A stretch of 64,000 bases of DNA, from assembly GCA_000708835.1 (NCBI GenBank), contig DF236976.1, positions 124,001-188,000 on the forward strand, written 5' to 3'. Below, one piece after another: positions 49,020 through 62,400 of this stretch. The first letter of the stretch is position 1. Each line of letters opens with the position of its first letter. The position numbers were made by a program, and so were the translations under genes. This DNA comes from Klebsormidium nitens (taxonomy: Eukaryota; Plantae; Klebsormidiophyceae). The notes beneath the pieces are model-generated. The model worked only from the letters and a program-made list of their open reading frames with translations. It did not search any database and had not been told where the DNA came from.

Positions 49020-50855
49020 TTGCAACACATGCTGGAGACAGGACACGGCAGCTCGAAACCATGAGCTCTTCAGCAGAAACCTGACAAGAGAGTAAAGCTT
49101 ATGTGAGCCGCCACATTTGGCAAGTGTCGAGGACTTTTCATTTCGATTAGATGCTAAGGAAGTCTTGCAGTCAACACAATCGTGGGTGCTAACGCATGGA
49201 CGAGTCAGGTGTTTTTACAACCCTGTGACGACCCTGATTTGCATGCGATTGTTGAGAGCAGAGTCTTGATAACAGGCAATGCCTTGTTCTACCGGTATCC
49301 TGTTCAAGAGTGTGTCGATGGAACTGATGTATGTACGGAGAGCTCCGAGTCCTTGCAAGACATTGAATCCAATTGGCAATTCGATAGCCCTTCTGATATT
49401 GTGGTTGTTCATTACGGAAGTACAAGCGGGGTGTAAGTTGAGTTAAAACCGGCTCAAATCATGCGTAAGTCGCGCAGGACAAGATACTCCTCACATGCTC
49501 CAAGACGTCGATGCTCGAGGCACCTGGACGGGTCATTGCCGGAGTTCAATTGGAGCATGCACGCAAGATGCTGCTCTCATTTTCAAAATGCGTACGAAGT
49601 ACGCCATGCTCTTCTCTTCAGTATGATAGGGAGGCTTGATTTGAAAGGCCATGCGGTTTGGCCTAAAGCGGACAGCTTGGCAAATATATCAGGCGACTAT
49701 TAGCTGAAGAGCGAAAATTTTGACAGTTGCTAGCTTTAAATTCGCAATCACTGGCATACGCGCGGCTGCGGACAGCCATGGCGGATCGTGCAATTGAATA
49801 TCTGACAGCAAATTTGCGCACATTCCGAGCTGTTACTTTTGGGCCAATGCACCGGAGCTTTGCATCTAGCAGTGATCCGCCGCCCCGCTGGCTCGTTCCA
49901 AACACCTACGTCCAGGCTCTAATTACGTCGTATATGGACGACGTAAAACCTCCTATGGCATCAGTGAGCAGCTTAGATTAGCAACCCTCACCAATATTCG
50001 TTACTTTGGACTCTGCAAATGTGCGACCCTCGTTTCCCTCAACCCGCTTTCGAGCTCCAACACAATCTCCTTCCTTGCGGGAGTCGTCACGCTCCGTCCA
50101 CTGTATCTTCGTGTCTCCCGCTTCGACGCTGCATTACCCTTTGCTATTTCCGGTTTCTCACTCACGGGTTCCTTGAACAAACTTACTCAGCTCTGTGAAG
50201 AGGTTTGACATGGCTGTGACCTGCCAAATTTCAAAGCGAAGGATTAGCAGATGAAAGGACGCAGGATGGGTTGGACCTGCGCAGCAAAGAAGAGTTTTGC
50301 ACTCAACCGTATTAAAGTACTTTGGGCTCTCGGTACTTGATCAGACCAAGATCGTACAGGTAAACTAGCGGCAGCGCGACCCGGGACAACACTCTGCTCT
50401 CTACGGCGGAGACGTTTCTATAAAGTAATCTGGATTCATGCCCCTACTCACGAGGTCTTGTACAACGAAGGGGAAGGAACGGGCGACTCTGATGCCGTAA
50501 CCGCTCTTGTATCCTCAACCTCGTGGTCCGAACCGAGTGATTTGCAAACAACGATGGATCGTGAAGAATCGGTTGGAGACGCCGTTTCTCCCAGAAGTAT
50601 CAAAGCAGCAAAAGCGCAGTGCGTTCCATCTCGACCGGACAAGCTGACATGTCTCCCAAAGTCCTCACCGGCACAAGCGCTTGACCTTTCTTGTCGGCAG
50701 AACGCCTGGGTGGGCACGTCCAAGTAGATTGCTTCTCGAATTCAGCGTCCGGCGTCCGAGGAAGATTTCGGACTGCGCCCACTGCCAACTGGTGGGAAGG
50801 AGAGCGCACCGAGGGATTACGGACGTCCGTTCATGGATGACGGATCCTGGGGACT

Positions 50856-53800
50856 CTAGTTGATGCCGACGAGGAAGCCGTTGGAGAAGGACGGGAGGGC
50901 GTTATCCCGCGCGCGGATGCGCCATGGCTGACGGAACGGGTTCGGTTGTACCTACCAGAGAAAGGCGGGAAATGGTCCGACAAGCAGCTGGACGGTTGGC
51001 ATCACCAGGGGGGCCTGGACACGCAAACTAAGCGTTGGGGAGGGCTGAAACGAGATGCATCCGACAAAATTGTCCAAGTCATTTTCTGCTGCTATTGAAG
51101 AACAACTGTTTCAGCCCCTTTAGCCGCATGTTTGATGCCCAGTCCCAGCAAGTCGCAACCCCTACTTGCCGATGCTTCCATCACATGAGACCACCCAGCG
51201 TTGCAGCAATTGTCATACAGGGTGATCAGTTCTGCCTATAGTCCCGTTCCTCAGGAGGTAGTAAGTGCTCATACGAAGTGCCTGCATCTTCGTAAAGATA
51301 GCCCAGAAGCGTCCAAGGAGACAACCAGGCGATGTACACGAAACATCCGTTCTGATCCCATCTATCTGGCTCCGTCAGAATGTTCTTATACATGCATGCC
51401 GGCGCACACTAGTGACCGCGTAGCAATTCCCCGTGGCGAGGACGATCAGATACACACCTCGTGCGTCAGTCGTGCTCCGCATGACGTCAGGACCTGAGCA
51501 GCAAGACACGTGGCTTCCTCGCAGTAGTCCGTGAAGAACGCTGGTGGAGACCCGGGGCTGTTCAGCAAAGCCTGCAGAATGCGGAATCAGGTCTCACGAG
51601 GAGTTCTGACAAGGCTCGGAGAGCACTCCCTGGCTGGTGCTGGTTCTGCAGACACCGACTCGATAATTCCGTGGGCGATTTTCGTGCTAGCGGATCGTAC
51701 TTCTTCTCTACAATTAAGTGCGATTTATGGTGCTCGGCACTTCAAGTGGGCCGAAAGCACCGAATCTTACGATGGTTGGCTGCCACGTCGTGTAGGCCGC
51801 AAGGCCAGCGTTGGGAGCGATAACCAGGTCCGCCGGTCCTACCTACATGCCAGGCCGTCATAGATGAGGTGGAGACCTAGTTTTGGCGTCACAAGGGATT
51901 TTGGAAACACTACAGGTTCCTTCTCCGGGGGCACACGTGCTTTCAAGTGAGCCCTCGAGGCTCGAACGTACAAGCGAAAGAGTCCATTACGTTGTCGATA
52001 GGTGTCTGACGCAGTGTCACACGATGCAACAAACATAAGCGAAGCGTTTTGTGGTTGATTGGACGGACTACAAAAGCTGACACCTCTATGGGGCCGATAT
52101 TTTACCTGCTGTGCTCGTTCGGACACGACCTCGTGGTACAGCCCCTTGAAGAATTTCACGCGGACGCCCGCGTGACGTGGCGAGCTCGTCACGTCTAACC
52201 CTTCATCTGCGTTCCGGATGCTAAGCTCTACAGACCCGCCATCCCTGCGGTAATACAGAGCATGCTCTAGACAATGGAAGCCTCCGTAGCCGCAAAAGCA
52301 GGATGCACAACGAGCTCAAGACAAACCGGTAGAATAATAGCACAAAGCTGGCCGCAGGACAGCCGTTCGGAAGGGGGGCAATTTAGACAACCATCCCATC
52401 AAGTCGATGCACGAACTTCATTCACGAGCTTGCTGCTGGATGAGAAGGTCCTTTCGCTTAGAAGGAGACAAAACTTTTCAGCCTCGACAGCCACCTTACG
52501 TACGGGCAGGGCGACACGTCAGCAGAAAGCTCCCAGAGCTTGGAGTCTCCAGCACGGGTAGAGCTCCAATTCGCGGCTTCTTGGAAGAGAGGATAAGAAG
52601 ACTAGGCGATCGCAGCCACTTTCTGCCATCAGCTCAGTCAAAGAAGGGAAACGGCAAAGAGTGACGCACTTGCTGACCTGGTGGCTGGAACCCTGGGGCC
52701 AATGAAGCAGACCTCAATCTGTGGGACTGGCAGCAACCATGCCAGCTCAGCAAAGACGGCGACTTGGTCTAGTTCTCTCTCAGGGCCTGCAACAAAAGAA
52801 TACAAAAATGCAGCTTTGTGAGCTTTGTGTGCTACTTCGGGACTCGGCCGACTGAAGAGTGCAAGCAGATGATGAACAGCAAGAAGGATTTACAAGAAGG
52901 ATATTGATAAGCCAGAAAGCCCTCTTCAAATGTGATGAGCACGCAAACCCGTTCCAAAACAATTGAGTGTGGAAACGACAAGGCAACTCAGAAACAGATT
53001 CCTCGAATGAACACACAAAGCGCAGATTGACAAATTCAAGTGTACACGTTGAGATAGTCGTGGGACGGGGACCTACCTAGGTAGTGGATTCTCAGCGGAG
53101 AGCCTTCCATTATTGATTTGCGAAGCGGCCCACTACTGGTGGCAAGCTGGTAAGCTTGGTAAATCGTCAAGACCTGCACGTCGAAAGAGTAAGCTGTGAC
53201 TGCTTCGCCAGCTCTCTTCATCAAGGCTACAGCGATACTCGACATACTTTGGCATGCTTTCTGCTTGAGGTCCTCCGATGATTAAGTTTTCCAGTGCAGA
53301 GCATGCGCTGATCAACTGCGAATGGAAAAAAGGATTGGACACAGACGAGTCGGCAACCAAGATGACTGGAAGCATCGAATCGGTTGTTCTTAACGGAGAT
53401 CAATGGCATGTCAATTTTGATCAAACGGGCTCTGGAACTCTTCGCTTTTTCCTGCAGCCTGTGCAGGTGCACAGAATGGGAGATGTAAGAAGTGGGACCC
53501 TCACCCAGTGAAGAACCAAGAGATCAGGGTGGGAGACAGGCAGGCTTCGCCATGTGCAATACTCTTGCCAACTCCGGAGGCTTGAGCCTGCGGAAACCAG
53601 AAAAGAATACGCGTAAGGCTACTTCAAGAGAGAGCCCGGTAAATCTAAGTCAGAGCATCTTCTTCTTTGACCTGCGTAGCATCTGTCAGAAACGATTTCA
53701 ATAGAATGTTGTAGAGGTCAATGTCAAAGCGCCAGGCCCGCTTTTGCCATGGTTCGAGCTACTGCTCCAATTCTGAATTTTGTCTCATGGAATACTGAGC

Positions 53801-55274
53801 CCGATGGATGCCTAGAAGTAATCGAGAGGAATGATTAGATTTAGCAGGGCTACGATTCGATCTTTACGGCAAAGCACAAGAGCGAGCAAGACCAGCAACC
53901 ATCAAGCTCAAGGGGGTTTTTGGAAAGGCGCAGAGGTGTACCTTGCAGAGGTGCACCTGCTGTAGGAGGCAGCCACTTCGCAGACTCTGCACAAGGAGAC
54001 CTTTTTTGAGTTCGTCCCCTAAAACCTTTGATTCAAGGTGCTCTTGGCTAAGGCCGCAGAGCATCCTCTTGTCGGAAATAAAGGTTTTGAACAAGCGTCC
54101 AAGTCAAATCCGTTTGATGGCGACTGCTTGTCAGCCAGCTCTCAAGCTTAGACGACATACATATCTTCTTATTTGAAGGTAACAGCAGGCTATGATTTGC
54201 TAGGAACCATGAGAGACACTTTTCTAGGATCATATGGAAACATCTTGACTAAGATCGGGATAGAGAAAGGCGCACCGACTCACCTAGGGTCCCCATCGTA
54301 CCCCCATCGTTGTAAGAACAATCACACACTGCCTTGTAGATGCCTTGGTTGTGGATCTCTTTGGTCTGTAGGAGTGAACATATGGGGACTAGCCCAGAGG
54401 ATATCTGCAGTAAGCAAGGGAGAGGCGGGGTAATCAACATCAGAGTATTGAAAGCGACTGTAGTCAAGGAATGTCGACTTCAAAGGCAGGCGGTTGTATC
54501 CTGTATGCCCAGGCCTAGAACAGGAGGGACCAATCTCCATGAGTTGGTACCTGGAGGTCAGTGCAGCGCGCCTTGGTGCATGTATTCTCTCACCTGCCTT
54601 GGGCCTGATCAGAAGCATATCATGTACAATGGATAGAAGCTTAATCAGCGCCCTAAGTGAACTTTGCCTGCATTTCTCTTAGAAGTAGTTGCTGGCAGTG
54701 ATGGAGGTCTCTAAGTACCTCAATGGGGATTGCACAGAAGAAGGGCAGCTCCATTGCCAATGCCAGCCCCCTCGCCATTTGCTGAGCCATTCGACTGCAC
54801 TCATTGGAGTGGTCCCCTCTCCAATGGAGCTTCTGGAAAAGGCAGAGAGGCCACAGCATTTCAGAGGGATTGGAGAAAGTTGAAGCAGAAGGTTTCAGCT
54901 TGCGCTGTCAAAACTCTCTCCAGCAACAGCATTGTAATACAACTAAGACTTAGTGGGGCATTACTCAACTTTGGAGAGGACCCGAACCGGGGCTGCAGAA
55001 AGTTATGCACTAAGCCTGAGCTTGCCCAAACGCTAAAAGCAGAGCACAAGAATCATAGAAACTTCACACCACCCCTGCATCAAGCAACTGAACCAACTGC
55101 CGTGCACAATGCTGCATCCGCTGATCTGCAGCAACGACTCACCTTATGCTTTGCCCCACAGTAGAAGAATGCTCTGCAGCCATTGCAGGTCACCTTCCCG
55201 TTACAAGGGCCCCCACAAACTTGACACTCGAACAGGTTCTCTAGCCCACCATGAGCTCCGCCATTTGCCTCCAT
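50856..55274 (-). CDS. ZMYND15: Zinc finger MYND domain-containing protein 15-like (MSS51-type C-terminal domain)
   Basis: Spliced: CQVCGGPCNGKVTCNGCRAFFYCGAKHKKLHWRGDHSNECSRMAQQM (MYND finger); CSLLQTKEIHNQG; SWQEYCTWRSLP...LVLHWVLTIYQA; IHYLGPERELDQVAVFAEL...IGPRVP; KGLYHE; DLVIAPNAGLAAYTTWQPTI; FTDYCEEA; NPFRQP...LPSFSNGFLVGIN*. Confidence 0.88.
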
Positions 55275-55404
55275 GTATCCATGATCTTCAATTGCTGATT
55301 TGAAACATTTGCCCCGGATGTGCAAGACCAAGGCTGAATTGAAGCGTCTTAAAACTACATACACTTTACGACGCCCGAAATTGACGTCGCGCCTCGCGTC
55401 GATC

Positions 55405-55486
55405 GTTGCTTTGCCCGAGTGGTTAAGGGGTGTGCCTGCTAAGTACATGGGGTTTCCCCGCGAGAGTTCGAATCTCTCAGGCAACG
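55405..55486 (+). tRNA. tRNA-Ser(GCT): tRNA-Ser (anticodon GCT), intronless, long variable arm
   Basis: Acceptor stem GTTGCTT/AGGCAAC, D-stem CCC/GGG, anticodon arm TGTGC-CTGCTAA-GTACA, variable arm GGGG-TTT-CCCC, T arm GAGAG-TTCGAAT-CTCTC, discriminator G. A T6 run follows at 55536-55541. Confidence 0.97.
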
Positions 55487-55535
55487 GCTCAAGCCGTTCA
55501 CGTTGAAGACAACAAAGCTGTCGATCGAGGCATCC

Positions 55536-55541
55536 TTTTTT
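55536..55541 (+). terminator. Probable RNA polymerase III terminator (T6) for tRNA-Ser
   Basis: First run of four or more T after the tRNA 3' end, 49 nt downstream. Confidence 0.6.
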
Positions 55542-56462
55542 GCCATTACTTTCCCCCATTTTTTGAATGCGTCAGTACGGTGATACCTTGAACTATCATT
55601 CGTGTTCCTCTCATTGTGGTGGAGCCTGCTTCGTCCGAGAAACTTCACGAAGTGCAAACAGAGAGGTAAAGAGGAGTCAACAAATCAACCTGACTGGCGT
55701 TCAGCTAACCTACAAGTTAGCAGCCTCGAATCGGTTACCAGCGGCAATTAAGCCCACATGAACGGTTCAAGCCATGCCCGGGCGTACGTCACGATCCATG
55801 TTGTAAAGGGTTTCGGTGATTGAAGGTCTCTTGCATGCATGTGCCAAAATTCATTAATATTTAGGTACCGAGAACAGAAGCATGCACGACATGCAACATG
55901 GGCCACTGCCTAATCTGGGCTTTAAGCTTTTCATGCCATGACACAATCCTTGGCATGGTAGTAGCCTTCTTGAACCACGTATATTGAGACCACGGTACGT
56001 CGATCATTGTCATGTGCAACCAGATCATGCAACACCATGTGATCAGTTTTTGCCAAAGTTGGGGGCTGTATGCGATATTTCAACACCAAACGCGTTCCTC
56101 TTGCAACACGCCTTGTGTATTGAACTTGTGTTGTGTTGAGTATATTCGACGATCACAGATTCTCCAATGCGCTGCAATGATGATAATCAGCAAGTCAATG
56201 CTCGAGGCGTCAGCACCTGCTTGACAAAGTGCAACATAATGCTAGACAGCGGGAAGCGTGTTTGCACCTAACATGCATTGTCGGCAGAGCTATTCCGCCA
56301 ATGTAGCTAGCGCAACAGCTCGATTGTTGCACATACCAAACAGCGCATGCACAAGGTCGTAGGCTTGTCAAAATTGTGGGGGAGAAGCACCCGCAACTTT
56401 GCCTTACAGAGCCCTCCTTCCATAGTCTGTAGGGCACTTTAGGTGAGCCGATCGATTCAACA

Positions 56463-59400
56463 CTAAACAGCCGCATCCACCATCATATTGTCCTCTCCTG
56501 ATTCACCTTCCGGCTTTCTATCATGCCCAGCCGCCTCGGTCTCCACCGAGGCGGCCAGTGCTTGGTCAAGCGGGTTACCCCCGCCTCCTAGCATGGATTC
56601 GCTTTCCCCAACCGTACTGGGCTGCGGATCGTCTTTCGGATGAGCCCCCTGTTCGTCGTCGTTGGACCTTCTCCGCTTCGTCGGCTTCCGCGCACCGTCT
56701 ACAGCGGATTCCTGGCCCTGCCGCTTGGGCGCCTTGCCAGGGTCCGGACGGTGGTCCGCTTCGGACGCCGGCAACGTCTTCTTCTGATGCTGCACGATCC
56801 ACGGACGCGCGATCATGTAACATCTTCGTTATGGAAAAGCGTGGGACTGCTAAGGATGGAAAACAATTTGAAGAATGTTTATTTGCGCAGTTGGATAGGC
56901 AGCCATGTTATGCAAAGAGTCGAAAAATAGACCATCTAGTCACTAGACACAACCGGCTGGAGCCGAAAGCGTTGACAAACCTCGTACTATCGTCCTCGCT
57001 GTTGATCACCGCTGTTTAGGTTCCAAGATGGCAGAAAGCTCCGACAGGAATGATCAAAGACTTGCATCAGGATCTTTCCTTGGCCTATGCACACCCCGCA
57101 GGGGCACAAGCGACACAAAACAATACCTATCCATCAATGGAGTCTCTGTTGCGTTCTTTGGATAGAAAGACTGCAGTTACCTACCCTTGCTACGCTGCGC
57201 TTCAGGATCTGCGTATTGTACTTGAGCCGCCGCAGCAGCACCTTGCTCCCCGGAAACGCCCACCCCCCTCCGGGTGGCTCCGCACTCCCCTCCTTGTGTC
57301 CCCCCACATTGTCGCCGGCCGTCCCCTCCTCCTCCCCCCCGCCCTCCTCGCCTGCCCCTGACGTCACCCTGACGTCATCCCCCTTTTCCGCAGGAGCGCT
57401 CTCCGCTCCGCCCTCGGGCGCCGCCCCTTCATCTTGCTCGTCCTCGTTCTTGAAGTCCTCCGGCTGCGGGAAGGCCAGCGAGGGATCCCCCCCAATTGCG
57501 GCCCAGTTGCCGATGCCGTGCTTGATGACCCCCAGGGAAAACTCCCGGTCGTGCAGCCCGGCCTGCCACCACCGGGGCAGGTCCGCCGTGCGGTAGAAGC
57601 CCAGCTCCTGCAGGCGCACAGCAAATGGATATCTGAGGATGTCACTCGGGCACCTTACTCTCGCACCCAAGATGTTGCACGGCCAATCTGCAATTGATTA
57701 GGTGCGAGGTTTTTGGGTTTCGACAATATACTATAATCTCCGCCTTTGTCGCAACTAACGAACGCTCCGTCGCAACTCCCCCTCTCGGGGAGCGAGTTTA
57801 AGGGGCCCGAGTCAAGCTTTGCTTGATTGAGACTTTCGCAAGCCGTCTTTCATTGCAGACTCGAGAGGAGCATGTACTGGGAGACGGACAGACACTTCCT
57901 CGCGTGCAATGACATGGATTGGTTTGCAATGGCTTGGAATGCAGAGGAGCGTACAAAGAAAACTGCCTGATACAGGAGATAGTGGCGACGGCTGTGGCAC
58001 TCGAAAGTCAGGCTCGCCTTTGACCTTTGTTGGCCCCCTTAGACTGGCCTTATTTGACTGTGCGTCTCTAGCCAATCTCGGGCTTTCAGTAGGTCTGCTC
58101 TCATCGTCCGTGCAACAACCGGACTTCCTCAAAATCTCACTGCGAATGCTTGGCTGACCTGACCCTCAACTTCACCCAAGTGCGATGCCAAGTATCCAAG
58201 CATGGAAGATAGACAAAAGCACATATCCGCACCTTGCTGGTCCAGTCCCCTGGGATGAGCGCGAGCGCCTTGCGCAGGATCTCAAGCGTCTCCAGGCGGT
58301 CCAACAGCTTCTTGGCGGCAATCACGTTGATCAAAACAGGAGGCCCCAGCTGCAGCAAAAAGACAGTGTGTTCGTCGCTAGATTGACGCTTTGTTTTTGT
58401 CGCCAGCCTGATTCAGATAAACACAATAGATGGATCCCCAAGCGACCCCAGGCGAAGGCAGCATCAGTCTTTCGGTAAAGCACGAATGCGCATGGAAGCA
58501 CCAGGTCAAACTTTGTAGACACTACTAGCAGGTCTGCAACCGTCCTTCGCACAGCCTCAACTTTTCTGAATTCTGTCAACTTGGCCTTTTGTGTGACGCG
58601 CAGGTCTCCGTTCAGATGGAAATATTTTTTCGATTTTCAAATCCCTTTTGAAGTCGGTTCAGAATCGATCGGGCAGGCCACGCACCTCCCCGCCGTGCTC
58701 GTCCTTCCTCCGCGCCTTCTGCTGCGGACCAGGTAACGACTCGAGGCGCTTCTGCTTGCAGTGGGAGCACTGCAAATGAAAGTCAAGAATCCTCGAATCT
58801 GCAGATCATCGAACACGGCTCAGTCTCTGATTGCAATTCAACACGGTTGAGTCTCTTTGAATCTAAGCAGCAGTGCATATTATTGCGACCATTCTTGGCA
58901 AAATGACACACATATGTGAATTTGTCAGACCCTGATCGCCATCAGGCAAAGACCATGGGAAGAAACTAGTGCCAAAAGACAAAGACCGCGGAGCTTCTAT
59001 GTTGTTTGCAAAGCATACGTGAACGTCGCATAAGCTAAAGCCAAGGGGCCTCACCGTGCATGTGCACATGTGCTTGATGGGCTTCCGCTGCCGCTTCCGC
59101 ATTGCCTTGTTGTCTGCAGCAAGGCAAAAGAAGCGTTCTTTGGCACGAAAAGTTGAACAGATGACAGCTTTTGAAAGCAAGCAGCCCTCAGAACAGGTGC
59201 CATCTTAACGGGTGGACCTCGAAACGAAGCCGTTCTGAGGAGACACGTCTAGGCTGCACATTCCCCATACTTCGTCACAGACACATGGACTCCACCGCCG
59301 TGCATTTCAGCTGTTTCAAAGCGACAAATTGCTCTGAAACAAACAGCGGTCCATAAGGAATCTGAATTTTCGTAAGGAACCGGGCTTTCAGTCGTCTCCC

Positions 59401-62400
59401 GGTACAGTCAGACCGGTCGGGCGACCTGCGGGCCTTACCCCTGAGGACCGAGGTCGCCTCTGCCAGCAGCTCCTCGAAGCACGCGAGCGCACTGCTCTCC
59501 GCCTTCTTGGGCAGGCCCGCTGACTGCAGCAGCTGCGCCCAGTCCGGCTGGCCGTCTGGAAATTGGAAACGGAGTAAAAATGGGTTGGCTTTCGCGTCGA
59601 CTGACAGGTCGGAAGATTTTCTAAGGAATCCCCCTCCACTATAGCCCCTCGAATCGATGGTTGGATTGGTAAAAACGACCAACCTGACCGTCGATCCTTG
59701 GGGTGTATATTCTAGGAGGATTCGTTTACGTTGGCTCGGGAGTCCACGTTCTCCCTCCTTCCTTCCTGACGATTGCTCCACTTTGAGTCCTCGCACCTTT
59801 ATCTTAAGTACACGAAGGTATCGCCCTTCTTAAACTGCGAATCAAATCTAAGCGCCCAAACTTCTCACGCTCATTCTTCGATGCGAAGACTCAAACAGCA
59901 GCACAAGCTACGAAGTAATTGGTCCTGGCCGTCTTGTCTTATTAAAAGTGGTACCCATAAAGAGTTCAAGTTCAGTACGAGCGTCCGTCCTGCACTGAGG
60001 TAACGCTTACTCTCCAAGAAGCCACGGTGTCCTCATACCTGGTGTTTCCGGGAGCCCAAAGGCGGTCAGCGCCCGCACCAGATCCTGCTTCTCCTTCTTG
60101 GACCAGGCCGGCCGCTTGCCCGCCTTGCCAGCCGCCGGCGCGGCGGGGCCCTCCTCCTGCTCCAAAAAAGCGTTGACTTTTGACAGTGTAACCACGGCTA
60201 GCTTGAACTGGAACAGAAGACTGAATGGTACCGGCTCATGTTGCCCATGTGAGAGTGGAACAGACAGGTCCTCAAAAGTCGACGTCATTTCTCGACGGTA
60301 CTGCTGACTACTTTGTTTTCTTGGCGCACCCCTATTTCTGTTTCAGAATGATGCAGCTCTACCGTTCTTCCTCAAACCCTTCCAGATTAAAGTTGCTAGC
60401 GAGATAGGAGCGGCTTCTGAAAAACCTCCCGTTGGCTCCAACTCGATTTGCTAGGACTTGCAAACGACAAGCCGGGCTGTGAGAATGCCTTAACACCCCC
60501 ATCGTGGCCCGCCCTAGATCCCATACAGCGAAGGGGGCCATCAGAGCAACTCCTCAAGCCATGTTCCTTGGAACGTGTTGCAGGACAATATTAGCACGAA
60601 AAAAGCTGCTTGAGATGACCTCAGTTAAATTACGGTTGCATGATCCTAGACGCAACTCCTGGCCCGAAACGCTCACCTTTTGCAGGTGAATCCCGACCGG
60701 CTTCTTCAACCCCCGCGCCAGATGCGTGATCAATCTCTTCAACCGCAGAGTCAGCGGGACCGATGCGGGCCATCCCCCCACGCCCTCTTTCTCGTCCCCA
60801 TCTTCTTCCCCCTCCTCCTCTCCACTCTTTCTCCTCTTCTTCCCGGCTTTCTTCTTCGCGCCCCCTTCTCCATCCTCCCCCGGCCCACTCTTCTCCGGCG
60901 GGGATCCCTTCTCCGACTTTTCCGCCGACCCCCCTCCTGACACCCCCGCACCGTCACCCCCCCGGGGGGACACGTCCTCTGCTGGGGCGTTAAGGTCCAG
61001 ATCAATCAGTGGGCGCTTTTCCCCACTCCCCCCGCTTCCGACCAACTTCACCTCCAATCCGGGGGCCAGCCTACTGGGCTCAACTACCCCCCCTATCGGA
61101 ATTTCTACCTCCGCTGAGCCCCCTGCCGCAAGGTCCCCCTCCACGAGGCTCTCGATGAAACTCTCGGCGACGACTCCCTCCCCGTCTGCGTCCTCTTGGT
61201 CGCCCTCCTCTCCTTCGCCCTCCGCTTGCTTCTTCCGCCGCCGCTTCCGACGGACGGGCTCCGCGGCGCCCTCTGCCTCGAGCGCTGGCGCAAATGCTTC
61301 TGCAAACTGCAAAAGAGAACCGCAACAGCACTGAGCTTGCTTTTAGCGCTTTGGTTGGTTCAGCATAATCCAACTCGAGAAAGAAGCAACTGAACTTAAG
61401 CTAATCCAACCGACCGAGAATGCGGGAATCTCGGCGTTTCCCAGATCGTCGACCAACAAACCACCCAACCTTCTGCCCACCCATCCACATAATCGTGACG
61501 AGCAGATTGTGCATGTAGACACCTCAAAAGTGTACACCTGACCGCCATACAGGTATAAGAAACAAATCCCTTAACCCACCTCCGGATCCACCCTGACTGC
61601 GTCGTAGTTTGCATAACCGTGCCGGTAGACGCCCACCATCAGCGCAATGTCAGCATTGCGTGTCCACCACGTGGCAGGCTTTGTGCCGTCCTCTGCTATC
61701 AGCAAGATGATTTTGAACGCGTCCTTCTGCGTGGCTTTGCTGCCGCACACGTGCAGCGCGTGGTCCAAACCGTCCAGAAGTTGCAGGCGACGCACCCACG
61801 ACTTGGCGTTGGTTGGCAGCTTGGCAAACACGCCGACGCGCGCAGCCACCTGGGAAGAAGTAAGATAGGCGCGGGAAGAAGTAAGATAGGCGCTTTTCGG
61901 TTTAAATGCATGAGCTGCACAATAAGACTGGAGGATATTTTTGGTGCGGCGTTGACATCGAACACCTGTGAAGAGGGTCGTCGAGCGTTTGGACAAAGAT
62001 TTCAGCGAGGGACATAAATTCTGTGCGCGAACAAGTAGTGGAGTTGTTTGTTCTTCTAGTAAGGAAGACAGTTTACATGAGAGGAAGAGCCAGCGTCCTT
62101 CTCAGCAGAGTTGCAATGGCAGGAATGCTTGGTGCCTTCACAGGAGGCTTGGCTACCCTCAACTTTTAGTCGTCATGCACAGTGAAAAGCCCCTGCCGAA
62201 ACTGAGAACGAACCAATGGACGTAATCGACCTTCAGGATTGGAGCGAATAAATCGACATATATGTGAATTTTAGGTCAGACCCGCCTGCTCTTGCTTCAT
62301 TCAGGACCTTCAGGCGACTCGTGAAACAGATAGGAACCCTCAGCATAACCTCCAATAATTGATCAATCTCCCGGCTCATTGGTGCGAAGGAAACATTCTA

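Noticed and set aside
55398-55527. GTCGATCG on both sides of the tRNA as a SINE-type target-site duplication
   Set aside because: The tRNA is intact with compensatory stem changes, there is no poly(A) tail, and the upstream copy overlaps the tRNA's first base; probably chance.
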